DNA from: the human T2T-CHM13v2.0 reference genome, Homo sapiens
NCBI RefSeq assembly: GCF_009914755.1
Contig: NC_060934.1
DNA: 64,000 nucleotides
Direction: 5' to 3' (one strand)
The position numbers were made by a program, and so were the translations under genes. Below the pieces are notes generated by a model that saw only the letters and a list, made by a program, of their open reading frames with translations, was not told the DNA's origin and did no database searches. How positions within the stretch are numbered: the stretch's first letter is position 1; every line of letters begins with the position of its first letter. Shown here piece by piece: positions 1 to 13,560 of this stretch.

Positions 1-1118
1 AACCTGCCTGTTGAAAAAGTCCATTTGCAACCCAGCACAAGTCGATCACTTGCTCGAGCTAAATCTCATTTTGTCTCTCAAACGTTTTTCCCAAATTCAT
101 GTCATCCCTCTGCTAACAAAGAGAACAAAGGTTTGTAGATGTTTCCTCTCCCAAAGATAGGGTGAATAACTGCTTTAGGCAGAGAAGATCAAAGTGTGAC
201 CTTATTGAGCACTTTTATTGGCTTCAGACTAGGGTTTCAACAAGTTCAGACTCCTGTGGCTGCCTCACCATGTCTAAAGAAATTATGAATGATCCATCTC
301 CTTAGTGTGATTCCCCACCCACCCACTCCAATCCAACCCTTCTCTCTACCTCTTTTCAAATATTTCTCTAAGACTTTTCTTAGACCAATATGACTTCCCT
401 CTCACCTAACACCCTTTCTTTAGCAAGTTATATTTATGTCAGATTCTTAATCCATTCAAAGGGAATGATGATAAAGAATAAAAGAATAATAGTAAGTATT
501 AAACTGTGCCATCTTGCCCTTCTCTCTCCCTGAGAATTTTTGCTAATTTAGTAGCCAGGGGAAATGATTGCAATATCTCCTAGTGATCTGGTGGCAGGGG
601 GAGCATCTGGTTTGGGTGAGTCAGTCCCTGACTTTGTAATATGACCTGGTGAATAACTCAATATCAATAAATTTCAACCTGCTGCAGGTTGCTGAAGTTT
701 TATAGAAACTTAGAAGAGCTATAAGCCACCGTAAATTTGAGAAGCAACCTTAGGCTCAGAGAAAAAACTGGCTGTTATCTAGCTGTGAAACAAAACACAT
801 AATACTTATATAGTGAAACAGGACTTCAAAAGAGAACTTAGGCAAATGAGATTTATGTTCAACATTTTTGTGGTTAATTATTCCATGTTGCTGCTTAATA
901 AATTTTCTAATTTTTAAGAAATACAATTCAAAAATGAAAGTTTTGATTATATTATAGGGTATTAGCACATGTTCAGAATTTTCAGAATTGGAGTTCTCTG
1001 CTGCCCTAACTGACAATGACAAAATCAAGGGTAGAAACTTAAGCTTATGCTTATTTCATAATGCTGGTCAAATTCAATTAAAATTAGTAATGTAATCTTT
1101 GAGTGGTTACTTTATATT

Positions 1119-1310
1119 TGTGTTCTCAAGCAGGGACAATTTTACTTTTCAGGGGATAGTTGTCAATGTCTAGAAGCCTTTGTGATTGTCAAAACTTGGA
1201 GAGGAGGAGGTACACTACTGGCCAGAGACACTGCTAAGCATCCTATAGCCCCCTCTGCATTAAATAATTGTCTGACCCAAAATGTCATAGTGCCAATGTT
1301 GAGAAGCTGT
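1119..1310 (+). mobile_element. MER20 (hAT-Charlie DNA transposon), degenerate
   Basis: GTTCTCAAGCAGGGACAATTTT...CAGGGGATAGTTGTCAATGTCTAGAAG...CCCAAAATGTCATAGTGCCAATGTTGAGAAGC follows the MER20 consensus as recalled. Confidence 0.75.
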
Positions 1311-1384
1311 GCTCTACATTCTTCTTATTCCTTTATTAAATCATTATTATGTGTGAAGTGACTGTTACATAACTAGTAGTAAAC

Positions 1385-1600
1385 AATATTTTATTGACCA
1401 CTTATCACGTGCCATGCTCTATTCTAAGAACTACATACATTCATTCTATTTATCCTCACTATACTACAAAATAGGGTAGGCTATAATTCCATTTTACAGA
1501 TGAGGAAATTGAAGCACAGAAGAGGTAACATCCACAATCACATAGCCTGCAGAAGATAGATCTGGATTTATAGTCAGGTAATTTGGTTTTAGAAGCCCAT
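1385..1600 (-). mobile_element. MIR SINE
   Basis: MIR core in reverse: CCCATTTTACAGATGAGGAAATTGAAGCACAGA, preceded by TTTATTGACCACTTATCACGTGCCA. Confidence 0.75.
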
Positions 1601-2719
1601 CCACTGTGGTAAAGGAAATCAAGTGCTGCTTATTATTTCCCTTGACTTTCTCCTATGCTCTTGCAACTCTAAGAAAAGGACCTTGGCAAATCTCAATCTA
1701 CAGAATAATTCATAATTCTGGGAGCTCCACAGAAAATAAAAGTTATTTATTTATTTATTTATTTATTTATAGCTGTTGCAGTGTTCTGCCACAGGTATAG
1801 TCAACTTTGTCTGCAAAGTTAAAATTTTTAAAATGAAAGAATTAACAATTCCTCCCCTAATTATATATATATATAAATAAATGTAGGCCTTAACATTAAC
1901 ACAAATCATTGAAGTTTCATGGGTCAAAAATTTAGGCAGATATGTAGTTTGTAGGCATCTTATACTAATTAGTTAACATACTACTTCTTTTATTTTTATT
2001 ATAATATAAACTATATTCATTTTATAATATACATAAATAAAAATCAAATGCTAAATATAATAAAGTTTATTTTATATAGTCCAGCTCGCTAATGTACATT
2101 AATGCTTCAATGATAATATTAAACTTTCTTTTATTTTATTACATTTAGATGCAAACTCCAGCCAGGGTTCACATATTGATTTCACGTTCTAGTAAAAACT
2201 ACAAATAAAAAACTATAAAGTCAGAGATTATTTCTTAATATATTGCATATACTTTCATCCAATGTAAGTCATTTCATGACACGTTTAGCTTTTTTTGTCA
2301 TAGTGGTCTCATGTTTTAATGGAAAATAGTATGCAACAATTTTGCTCTGTTTTAGATGTGATATTGAAGTTTAAAACTTCACTAATAATTGCTGCAAATA
2401 TAACACAACAAGAGAAAGCACTATAATCTATTGAGGCAAAACATAATATTAAGTAACTGAAAATGGCAGAAAACTATAGGGTATGATAACAATGCAACAT
2501 GAAAAGCAAAGAGCTTTATTTGTGGTATTCCAGGTTGAGGGAGACATTCAAATGCCTATTAATTCCTATCTCTACCAATGATCACATTTATATGGTTCTG
2601 TACTGGCATGTTCCCTGAAGTCTACTCGTGCCCCATTAGTGGTAAAAGAATTAAATATTTAAAAATATTTACGCATATTATATTTATTAGAAAAAAATAC
2701 TGACTTCCATTTATGTTGA

Positions 2720-3220
2720 GAATGTCAGCAAATCCAATCAACTCTTCTCAGTATTTCCTTTTTTCTTTATTTGTTGCTATAACCAGAGTCCAAGCCAACA
2801 TCATTTCTTGCTTATAAATGTGCAATTATTTCCTACTATCTCCCTTTGCTTTCATTTCTGCTACTTTATGTTCTATTCTCCCCAGAGTAATCAAAGGGAT
2901 CTCTTAAGAACTTGTCAAATCATGTCACTCCTCTCCTTAAAGCAACTCATGCCGCGCATTCATTTAGACCATACCCAAACACCCTAGTGTGACCTGCCCC
3001 ATGAATCATATTCAGACCTCATCATTTGTATCTGTACTCCCAATTCACTTTTCTTGAGTGAAATAATCTTTTTTGTTGTTGTTCCTCAATCATCGTGAGC
3101 TCTTTCTTGCCTAAGGACATTTATACTAGCTCTTTCTTTTTCTGGAAACATCTTTTTCCCAAATATTGTGGCTAATTCTGCTGGAGGTTTCAGCTTAAAT
3201 GACATCTCCTTGGCATTTCT
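2720..3220 (+). mobile_element. L2 LINE fragment
   Basis: L2-like motifs GTCCAAGCCAACATCATTTCTTGC, ATCATGTCACTCCTCTCCTTAAA, CTTGCCTAAGGACATTTATACTAGCTC; boundaries approximate. Confidence 0.55.
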
Positions 3221-5599
3221 CATGAAGTAAAATACAAGCTCCACAAGACAAGGCTGCAGGGGAAGTTAGGAAGGAACTACTTTTTTGGTTTTGCATTCTT
3301 TGAAATAAAGCATTATGGGCAACATATTAACAAAATAAAATATAAAAGGAATACCATAAATCTTCATTTTACATTTTTTCCTACAATTATTTTCTATATA
3401 CCTACCATCTGTCATTTTCTATCTATTTGCTAAAAATTTCTCAGCATTTCCATGTAAGCAACATGCATATTAACTGGGTTGAATCCTCTGTGTCAGATTC
3501 TATTTTATAATCCAGAGTGTTTCACTTGCACCTTTTACTTCCTTAAAGTCCTAAGATAAACAGTTGCAAAGAGTCAGACTCTTTGAAGCTCTAAACATAC
3601 TTCTGCTCTCTCCGTCCTAATAGCCAAAGGAGGGCTTTTCTGCATTTTCTCTATTCAAGTTCCTTTTGCTTTTCCTAAGCTTTGTAGTAAAAATCTGCAC
3701 TCATGTTCTGCCATCTGCTTTTAGTATATTTTTAATTCACCCACCAATTGCCATTTTACTGATTATCCCCAGAAGGATAAAGCCATTTTTAGTAAAATTC
3801 TGCTTTAAGGGGAATTGATAGTTGTGGAGAAATAACTGCACATTGTTGAAGAGTATTTATTAGAACACAGTTCCATTGTATTTGAGGAGAGAAATGCATT
3901 ACTGACTGCAATGTCTTGAGTCAAGAATTTAGCAAGTTTTTGGAAAAGACTTTCATAAGGTGGAACAGGAATCCACATTAAGTTCTTGAACACATAAGAT
4001 TGAGTTGAGCAAATCAATCAGAGTTTGACAAAGTAAAGCGATGAATCTAGTTAAGGTAATGAAATAAATTAATCCCACTTGCCTCATATAAGGGTTTGAA
4101 AGCAGAAATAAATGCAAATAAAGGAATTAGAGGTAGAGTTACACGTAGAATTGCTGGCTCTATAATGGAGAAAAGTCAAGAAGAATTTGAGATAAATTTA
4201 TTTGTTGGACAAAATACTACTTACAAAAGAGTTGGAGTTGGATTTGAGTTGTTAATATATAGGTGTGAATGTGTGTGTGTATATGTATGTATATATGTAT
4301 ATGTACATGTGGATTCTAGAGGTCTAGAACTTAAATTGTTTGGACAAAGGATATGGATTTTTACCAAGTGTTTATTTAATTGCATTCTAACAAAATAATA
4401 TTCTTATAAGTGTATGAGAAAGACCTTCTCTCCTATATTTACTTGGAAGATTACCAATTGTATTGACCTTTCCTAATTTAATAGATAAAATAACTACAAT
4501 AATAAAATTTTTATTGATGTACTTACAGATTAAACAGTTTTCATATTTTTTATGTTTTTGTAAATTGTCTCTCATAGCTATTGCCACTCCTCACCTTTTT
4601 AAATGTTTATTAATTTGTAAAAATTCTCTTAAGGACATCCACCTTTGAAGTAAATGTTGCAAATATTTCCCAATGCATATTATTGTCTTTTAGCTTTGTT
4701 TATAATGAATTTTTACATTTTTAACTATAAGACTCACAAATATTTCTTGCATCAAACTTATTTATGATTTCCACGTTGGTCATTTTTCAATAGGCCTTCT
4801 CACCCCCAAATTATTATTATTTTAATAATGGTCTTTAAAAATATCAAATAATATATGTATTAGCTATTAAGTACAGTTAGACTTTTTTACTAATATAATA
4901 AAAATTTGCAAAATGATAAATAATAAAGTAATGGATGATTGTACAATGTTATGCCAATTTTCCATAATGTTGTTCTAATATTGTAATTTGCTTTCTGTCA
5001 TACAGAATGTAATTTTACTTACGGTACAAATTTTAGGTAAGAGTAGATTCGAGTGAATGAAGGCTGGATGAACAGTGATACTGTACCTAAACACAGGTTC
5101 TGTGCATTTTAAGAATCATTGCAGACATTTGAATACTGGCAAATCTTTGTTATATTTAAATAAAATTAATATATCTATAAATTTAGCTTATATTTTTTCT
5201 TTTATTTTTATTTATACACATATGTATATAATATGACTACAAACAGTCAAAATAATATAACCAATTCCCACATACACACCATTTAGTACAAAGGATAAAC
5301 ATTATCTGTACCATTCAAGTACTCTGTGCACCCTGTCTTAATTGATTTTACCTTCTTCCCCCTCAAAATATTATCTTGATTTTCTCTAACCTGTTGTCTT
5401 AAACAGGTCTTGAAAAAACTGTGGCTGGGCACACTGGTACACCTGCAATTCCAGCTACTCAGAAAGCTAAGCCAGATTGCTTCAGGCCAGTAGTTTGAAG
5501 ACAAAAAGTGCTGTGAAAAATGTTGGCTAGGCAAAGGGATTTGGGAATACTAGGGAAAATGTTAGACTGCTAAATGGGTGGTTCTGACAGGCTTCATTC

Positions 5600-6035
5600 A
5601 TTTTTAACTTTTAAGTTCAGGGGTACAAGTGCAGGTTCATTACATAGGTAAACTTGTATCATGGTGGTTTGTTGTACAGATTATTTCATCACCCCAGTAT
5701 TAAGCCTAGTAACCACTAGTTATTCTTTTGTATCTTCTCCCTCCTCCAATTCTCCACCCTCCAAAAGGCCCCAGTGTGTGTTGTCCCCCACTCTATGTGT
5801 CCGTGTGTTCTCATCATTTAGCTCCCACCTATGAGTGAGAACATGCAGTGTTTGATCTTCTGTTCCTGTGTTAGTTTGCTAAGGATAATGGTCTCTAACT
5901 ACATCCACATCCCTGCAAAGAACAAGATCTTGTTCTTTTTTTATGGCTGCATAGTATTCCATGGTGTTTATATACCACATTTTCTTTATCCAGCAGACCA
6001 CTGATGGGCATTTAGGTTGATTCCATGTCTTTGCT
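5600..6035 (-). mobile_element. L1 (older L1PA-type) 3' end, 5'-truncated
   Basis: AAGTTCAGGGGTACAAGTGCAGG...GCTCCCACCTATGAGTGAGAACATGCAGTGTTTG...TTATGGCTGCATAGTATTCCATGGTG, i.e. L1 3'UTR in reverse. Confidence 0.85.
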
Positions 6036-6127
6036 TAGAGAAGGAAATAAAAGGGTGTTCCAGAGGGAATACCCAGTGCCAAGCTCTGGTTCAGGAGTGT
6101 GGCTGGGATCCTCTAAAACTGCAAGCA

Positions 6128-6477
6128 GTTATAACTGAGAGTTCTTGCTTAAAGTGTGGTTTATGTTCAACCATCTGGTTATAACTGAGAGTTCTTGCTT
6201 AAAGTGTGGTTTATGTTCACCCATCTGGTTATAACTGAGAGTTCTTGCTTAAAGTGTGGTTTATGTTCACCCATGTGGTTATAACTGAGAGTTCTTGCTT
6301 AAAGTGTGGTTTATGTTCACCCATCTGATTATAACTGAGAGTTCTTGCTTAAAGTGTGGTTTATGTTCACCCATCTGGTTATAACTGAGAGTTCTTGCTT
6401 AAAGTGTGGTTTATGTTCACCCATCTGGTTATAACTGAGAGTTCTTGCTTAAAGTGTGGTTTATGTTCACCCATCTG
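6128..6477. repeat. Minisatellite/VNTR, 7 x 50 bp
   Basis: Unit GTTATAACTGAGAGTTCTTGCTTAAAGTGTGGTTTATGTTCACCCATCTG starts at 6128, 6178 ... 6428; only 3 substitutions across the array. Confidence 0.97.
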
Positions 6478-7419
6478 GGACTATACTTTTGAAGTCTATA
6501 CTTTTGGAAGGATAGATGTTTGATGTTTTTTTTTTTTCTTTTAAAACTAGTAAGTCATTTTTGTTCAGTTTTTTAAGTGTCTATTTTATATATTCAAAAG
6601 TAAGTTGATAATGCTTTCTTGTGCTCATTATGGCTTAAATTTCTACTATGTTTATAAGTGCTGACCCTCTTTTCATCATCATCTTGTGTCTTTTGATCTA
6701 TCTCCTTCTTTTTCTCTTTACTTGGTAAACAATCTGGCTGGAAATTTGTCTATTTAAGTATGGTTTTTAAAGAATCAACTTTATTTTTTATTGTACTGCT
6801 TCCTTCTTTCTCTTTGATATATTTTTACTTCATTATAATTTACACTTATTTTGTGTGTTTATGTTTATATTTCTTATATAATTCCAGCTTTTGCTGTATT
6901 CAACAGTCTTCCTTTTTATGTGCAATTTTTCACTGTCATTAAGTTCTAAATAAAGTATAACTTCTATTTTTATTTTTCTTTGAGTCATAAATTACATGCA
7001 AGCTTCTGTTTAAGTTTGCAAACAACAGCATTATCTGGCTGCCTCTTTTTATTGGGTTCTTTCTTACATTTGGGTCAGAAAACATAGTCAGTCTAAAACA
7101 GTTTTCTTGACCTCTAAACATTTTGCTAAATTCACTTATTCAAAATTTTCTGCTAATCAGAATATTATGTAACATAATCAGAACATACCACATTACACTC
7201 TGATAATCAATTCACTAGAAAGATATTGTCCCTTATGTATTAAAATTTGTTCATTTTTTGGAATTCTCAGAAATGTTTTTCAAGAACACTTTCCGTTAAC
7301 ATTTTACAAAATTTAAAAATGCAAGTAAATTTATGCCTAATCGTACATTAAGTATGATTTTATAAGTGGCATATAAACAGATTGATAATTCCTTTCCTAG
7401 AGTGTAGAGATGCCCTATG

Positions 7420-7580
7420 CACTGCAAGACAGTCAAGGGAAGGAGTTGGTTTGGTTTAGGATGCGTGATAAAGCATCTCATGAAGTATCTGTATGCTCAG
7501 TTTTAGAAAATGGATCCCATTTCTAAAAACTGGATTCATTGACTACATTATTAAATTGTTTCAATGCTGTATTCCACTAT
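7420..7580 (+). repeat. 161-bp dispersed direct repeat, copy 1
   Basis: Aligns end to end with 9877-10037 (roughly 85% identity by eye). Confidence 0.9.
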
Positions 7581-8109
7581 ATGTTGCATTCTATAGAATG
7601 TTTACTTAACATCTTTGGAATAATCATTAAGTAAACAAAAACTGTCCCCTCTTCCTCAAAACTTTCTTTTATTCCCATGCTTATCCACTGTCATCAAATT
7701 ACCACATCTGACAGAAATAATTTTAATTTCACCATCAATTGCTAGGATATTAATTTAGACTACAAATAGCTGCATATAAACATAAATGAAAAAATATTTT
7801 TCCACTCTCGTTGTTGAAACAGTGGGAGTCCTGAATGATTTGATAGCTGTACAATTAATCAAATAATAGACTACTGGATTAAATCTCAGTGAACTAAAAA
7901 TATCTGTGCATAGCTGTAAACAAAATTAAATTAATATCCTCAGTACCTCTTATGCCTTTAATGCTATCAGGATCAGTAGATGTGATTTTAAATGACGATT
8001 CATATAAATAGGAATATACGTAAAATTTAAAAATACTAAGTGAATTTATACCTAATTGTACTACATTATTAAGTATAATTTTCTGAGTGTTACTCCTAAC
8101 CAGTAGCAA

Positions 8110-8200
8110 ATATGTTATATATATGAGATATATGATATGTGTATATATGATATATGATATATATGTTATGATATATATATGATATGTGATATATATGTTA
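8110..8200. repeat. AT-rich simple repeat, (ATATATG)n-like
   Basis: tatatatgagatatatgatatgtgtatatatgatatatgatat... Confidence 0.85.
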
Positions 8201-8657
8201 CTGGGTAGGAGGTACAGTAGCAAGTTTTCTTTCTTAAAAGAATGGTATACTCTGGGTCTAAGAATGACAAACAGATGATGTGGTGGTCACTTACCAGAGT
8301 ATTTTATTTATACTGATCTGTACCCCTAGAATATTCAAAAATGAGGATGTATGAGATATATAATACTTTTTATTCTATTTTTCTGAGTTTTCCCTCCCAG
8401 TTAGGTTTTCGGAATACAAACATGGAGCAGTTACATGACATAAGGGCAAATAGTATAAGAATTATTACACTTTATTCATTTGTATCTTGTATACTTCCTC
8501 TATTGGGTAAATGGATAGATGCAATGAACTGCTAAATAATACCTGTTGAATCCAACCTGAGTGAAAACAAAATCTTATGCCTATTGAAAAGCATACAATG
8601 TTTGTAGTAGGGAGAAAGGAATATGATAGATGTCTGATATTTAAATGTAAAAACGTT

Positions 8658-8963
<306 letters not shown>

Positions 8964-9876
8964 TTATATGCTAACGTGAATGAAATATAAACAATTTTTA
9001 ATTTTATATTATATACAATGGCAGATCATAGCTGCACCTGTAAGAGAAGATCAAATTAAAATCGGTTATCTGTTTGTTTATTCTCTTATCAGTGCCTGGC
9101 TTTCTAGAAAAATTTAGCTATTTTCATGGAATTCTCTGATAAACATTATGAACTCATTTCTTTCTATAATATGTTGGTAATATTGGCCGTATATAATAAT
9201 TTAGAATCTCTTATTCTCCTTTATTTTTCTCAGAGCAGTCATTGCCATTTGACATGTTATATTTTATTTTTGTTAGTTTCCTATTTTACCATACAGCTAA
9301 TTAAAATGAACTTTTCATTAATTCAATTACTGTTCTTTTCACTGTTATAGCCCAAGTATCTAAAACAGTGTCTAGCACTAAGTAGTCACCAGGTAAGTCT
9401 TTGCTGAGCGAATAAATCTTAGAAGGAAAGGAGAGAGAAAATCTAGATCCTTTATAGTATCCATGGTTTTCTACAAACAGGTAGAATGTAATATTTTATT
9501 ATTTTGCACCATGTAAGTTAGAATCATTGTGGAACATCACATTTATACAATTCTTATTAGACTATATCTAGATCTCTTTTAAAATAAGCAAGCAAGCAAG
9601 CAAACAAACAGCAATGAAGATACGCTGAAGAAGTTTTGGGAGGAGGACCTACATCTTTACAGTTTCACCCACAACTTACCCATACCCTCCTTCAATGAAT
9701 TCCTAGGGCTTCTTAGAAAATAGTGGATGCAATTCAGGAAGTGTTTGTTTTAAAACACCAAGAATGATGACTGTCCAAATTCAGAATGTGTTCATGTATT
9801 CCATAGACAATGACTGAATATCTACTAGGTTCTGAAAAATGTACTAGTTGCTGTGGTGGATAAAATAATAATAATA

Positions 9877-10037
9877 CACTGTAAGACAGTCAGGGGAAGA
9901 GGTTGGTTTGGTTTAGGATGCATGATAAGATATCTCATGAAGTATCTATATACTCAATTTTAGAAAATGGATCCCACTCTTAAAAACTGGATTCATTGAT
10001 GGCATTATCAAATTGTTTCAATGTTAAATTTCACTAT
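9877..10037 (+). repeat. 161-bp dispersed direct repeat, copy 2
   Basis: See 7420-7580. Confidence 0.9.
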
Positions 10038-11868
10038 CTATAGTGTTGGAATATTAGTCCAGTAACAATATGAAACCAAAGATACATCACTATCCAGTAA
10101 GGCAGTTTATATTATTACCACATAGTACAATGTGTTAACAGAGATCAAAGATAAATGAACACTTCCAACATAAAACGTATAATAATTTACTTCAGGTAAC
10201 ATATTTTTAAATTATGGGTATAATTATGGGCATAATCATAATTACTACTTAGAAATGTATTATGTGTATCATTTAACATTTTATATATAACATTTTGAAT
10301 TTTTAAAATATTTATGGGTCCTTGTTGTTAAAATGAAGTGGCGTTCCAGAAATAGTTGATTGTAGATTTGTTGCACGTAAAACAGAGAAATCCAGCATTT
10401 ATAGGTAACACCACAGTTAAGAGGAAAGAAAACTAAGAAAATTGCAGTAGAATACTTTTGTGAGGAAAAAATGAAATGTCAAAGATAAAATTTTTATGGT
10501 TCTTTAATCACAATCATCAAATTGTAACAAATGGAACTTTAAAATTGAATTTGTCTCTTGTCTGAATTACACCTGAGATTATACCTGCACACCAAGTGAA
10601 GAATCATATTTCAAAATGCATTTCATTTGGCTTTTAACACAGTTATTCTGTTGAAGACATTTCTGTAAAGCTTGCCAGATACAGGAAAAGCAATTTAATA
10701 AACACTGTGATCAAATAACTACTCAATTGTTCTTCATCTTTTTTAACATTTAACACCTTGCAGATCATTGCTACAATAAAGTGTGTTATCCCCTTTTCAC
10801 AATGATTCATTAACCTGTATTAATTGTTCTTTACAAAGTTGTTTTTATACATCTTACTAACTACCAATGTGAGGAAAAGGTCTATGTTGCTTTCATTCAG
10901 TAGAAAACACATGCACTTTAATAATATTGTTTCTTAAAAAACACCTATTGGTTTGTTTTCTTTCAGTTTCTCATTTATCATCATTTGTTCATCTTCACTG
11001 AAAGCTGAACATATGCAGCCTAACAACAACTTGAATTAATTGAATGTTTCGTATCTATTCTCCAAATTAAATTTTCAGTTTTGCTCACCTTTTCATGATT
11101 ATATTAAGAAAATGTAGCCATAATTGCTTGTATGGGAAAAATTACTGAGAAAGACATTCAGATTAAATGTAGGAAATGCTCTAAGGATCTTTGAAAGGAA
11201 AGAAATGTCAGGTTCTATATTGTATTCAAGGAAGATAGGAGATGAAAGTGTCAGATATGCAAGGCAGATAAGAAAATAGTTTTTAAAAATAAGTCATAGA
11301 CATTCTTTTTCTGATAGTTATTGAAAAATCCTGTTCATCAAAAGATATCTTAAATCAATAAAGATTTCCTCAACAACCAGACAAAATCGTTCTCTGTGTG
11401 TGTATGTCTTATTGGAACTGTAATTATATTTACAATACTATAATTAGTCGTGTTATTAACTCTTGTTACTCACTAGAACATTATTGGTAATAAGCAGTGA
11501 CATATCTTAAAGATTTTTCTTGTGTCCCAGCGTCTGCCCAGTGATTAATATGTTAAGCTCCATAAATGTTTATTCAACGAGTAAATTAGTGACTAGGTAC
11601 TAAGTTCTTATTCTTGTGTACAGTCACCTATCAAATCTTTCCACTCTTCTCTGGGCAATTGGGGAAGCTATGTATAGAAAATGGAAGAGTCTCTGTCAGC
11701 CTGGGTTACTAAGGGTGAACCTGAACTTTCTCTGAGTGAAAAAAAAATCTATTTTACTGAGCCACAGAGATTTGGATATTCATATTTTATAGCAGTATTA
11801 ACTAATACAAGGTATTTTTAACCTTTAAAAGAAAAGAAGAAAAAGTAGAAGTGATACTAATTTCCCAG

Positions 11869-13044
11869 ATGCCATCCAACTCCTCTTTCACCAATAGATA
11901 GCATTGAAAGGCGGGAATCAGTGCCTCCTCCTAGTGATAGTGCCTCAGTTGAGCAGGGCTTATTCCGAACTCAGTATGCAACATCCCGACAGGGCAAATC
12001 TAGGGATTGCTCTCAAGTCACTATCCAACATCCCGATGGGTTGAATGGCATGCCAAACACAGCAATAAGCACTATAAAAAAGCCAGGCCGCCCCGGGGTG
12101 GGGCCACGTGGCTTCAGACCAGAGAGCGGAGCTACCTTGGCCCAAGCGCTGCAGCTGCCTGAACCCCAGGGCTTCGCAGCCTTGCTTGTTTTCTCTGAAC
12201 CGCAATAGGACGGTGTTCACAGCGATTCAAAGGGTGGCATTGGGTTGGACGTTTTGGTTACGAGCCAGCCTATTCCCACATTGTACGTGAATGTTTAATG
12301 TGCTCTCAAAACATGGAAAATAAGTTTAGTGCACATAGCTAAATCACAAAACATCCGATTTCTGTTTCCTCAGGAAGTCATTACTGCGCCACCACATCAC
12401 GTGACCTTAACATGATCAATGTATTTCTCTGCCTTGACATTTAAATAAACTATATAAATTAAGATAAGTAGATTAGAAAATCATTCAAATTATACCATAA
12501 TCTGTACAAATATTGTGTCCCCTGCCAGGCAAGGGACAGGGTGCGGGCGACGGCCGCGTGGCCAAGGCCCCGCAGGAAAGCGCCCAGGTCTCCCTCACTC
12601 TCCAGGTGCCCTTTGCACCCAACAGTGCGTGTGAGGAACGAACTGCTGTTTGAGCGTCCCCTGAGATTGTGCGTAGCCCCGTGTAAATGTAATAGCCTCC
12701 ATGGCTTAATTGGCTATCAAGCGAATTTTCCCAGATGAAAGCAATGTTGGGTTAGGGGACGACGGTGCAGCCACCCAGCCTTTACCAGCAGCGTGCTGCA
12801 GACGAAGGCAGTCAAGGTGTGGAGGTGATCACGCAGGTACATGTTTTTGTCTGTTTAATTTGAAAGTTCACATTTTTTATGCTTTGTGTTGATGTGTAAT
12901 TTTTGTACTCTTGGTGACTAGTTTTTGTCAAATCTTTTTTGGAATATTGCTTAAATGTTTTGATTTTATGATAGTGAAGCTTGTATTCGGTGTTTTGCCA
13001 ATTAATATTTTATGCTAGTAAAAAAAGCAAAAGAGAAAAAAAAA
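11869..13044 (+). pseudogene. Probable 5'-truncated processed pseudogene (C-terminal coding fragment plus 3'UTR), parent gene not identified
   Basis: GC/CpG-richer island in AT-rich DNA; open frame HPTPLSPIDSIERRESVPPPSDSASVEQGLFRTQYATSRQGKSRDCSQVTIQHPDGLNGMPNTAISTI; then U-rich UTR-like sequence ending in AGTAAA plus an A-rich tail (13017-13044). No clear TSD. Confidence 0.5.
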
Positions 13045-13560
13045 GATCTTAGTCTGTTTCTAAGGCCCAGACCACACAAAGTATCCATTTTCCTCTCTTG
13101 TCTATAAAACAAAACTCACCTTATCAACAGTTTCTGTTCTACCCAAAGATGTTAAATAAAGTCCAAGGTAGTGGGATGGGGGAAGTGATGTTTTATTGTC
13201 TATGGCACGTGTGTTCCTAGGACCTATAAAAAGGAAAGCAGGTAAATGACTTTGATCTGTTTGATAAATGATTTTTATCTTGAGTAGTGTAGTCACTTAA
13301 ATATGTTGATCCTCCTTCTGGGTGGAAATTATTTCAATACCATGTTGTTTTTGTTATTATTAACTATATATATTATTATGTATATAATAATACATAAAAG
13401 TTATAGGAATGAAATAAAAAATTATTGAAATCCTAACACACAGTTGTAGCTATTTTTCATTCATGTATTTATTAAATATTATTAAATTATTCACCACATA
13501 ATAAATAGTAAAGCATTTTCCACATAATCATATCTACCGTTTTATTCATGGAAATCATTT

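Noticed and set aside
588-625. CTCF-like GGCAGGGGGAGCA and AP-1 TGAGTCA motifs
   Set aside because: The CTCF match lacks the conserved 5' CC, and short motifs are expected by chance in 64 kb.
6128-6477. CRISPR-like array
   Set aside because: Units are contiguous with no unique spacers, and the context is eukaryotic; it is a VNTR.
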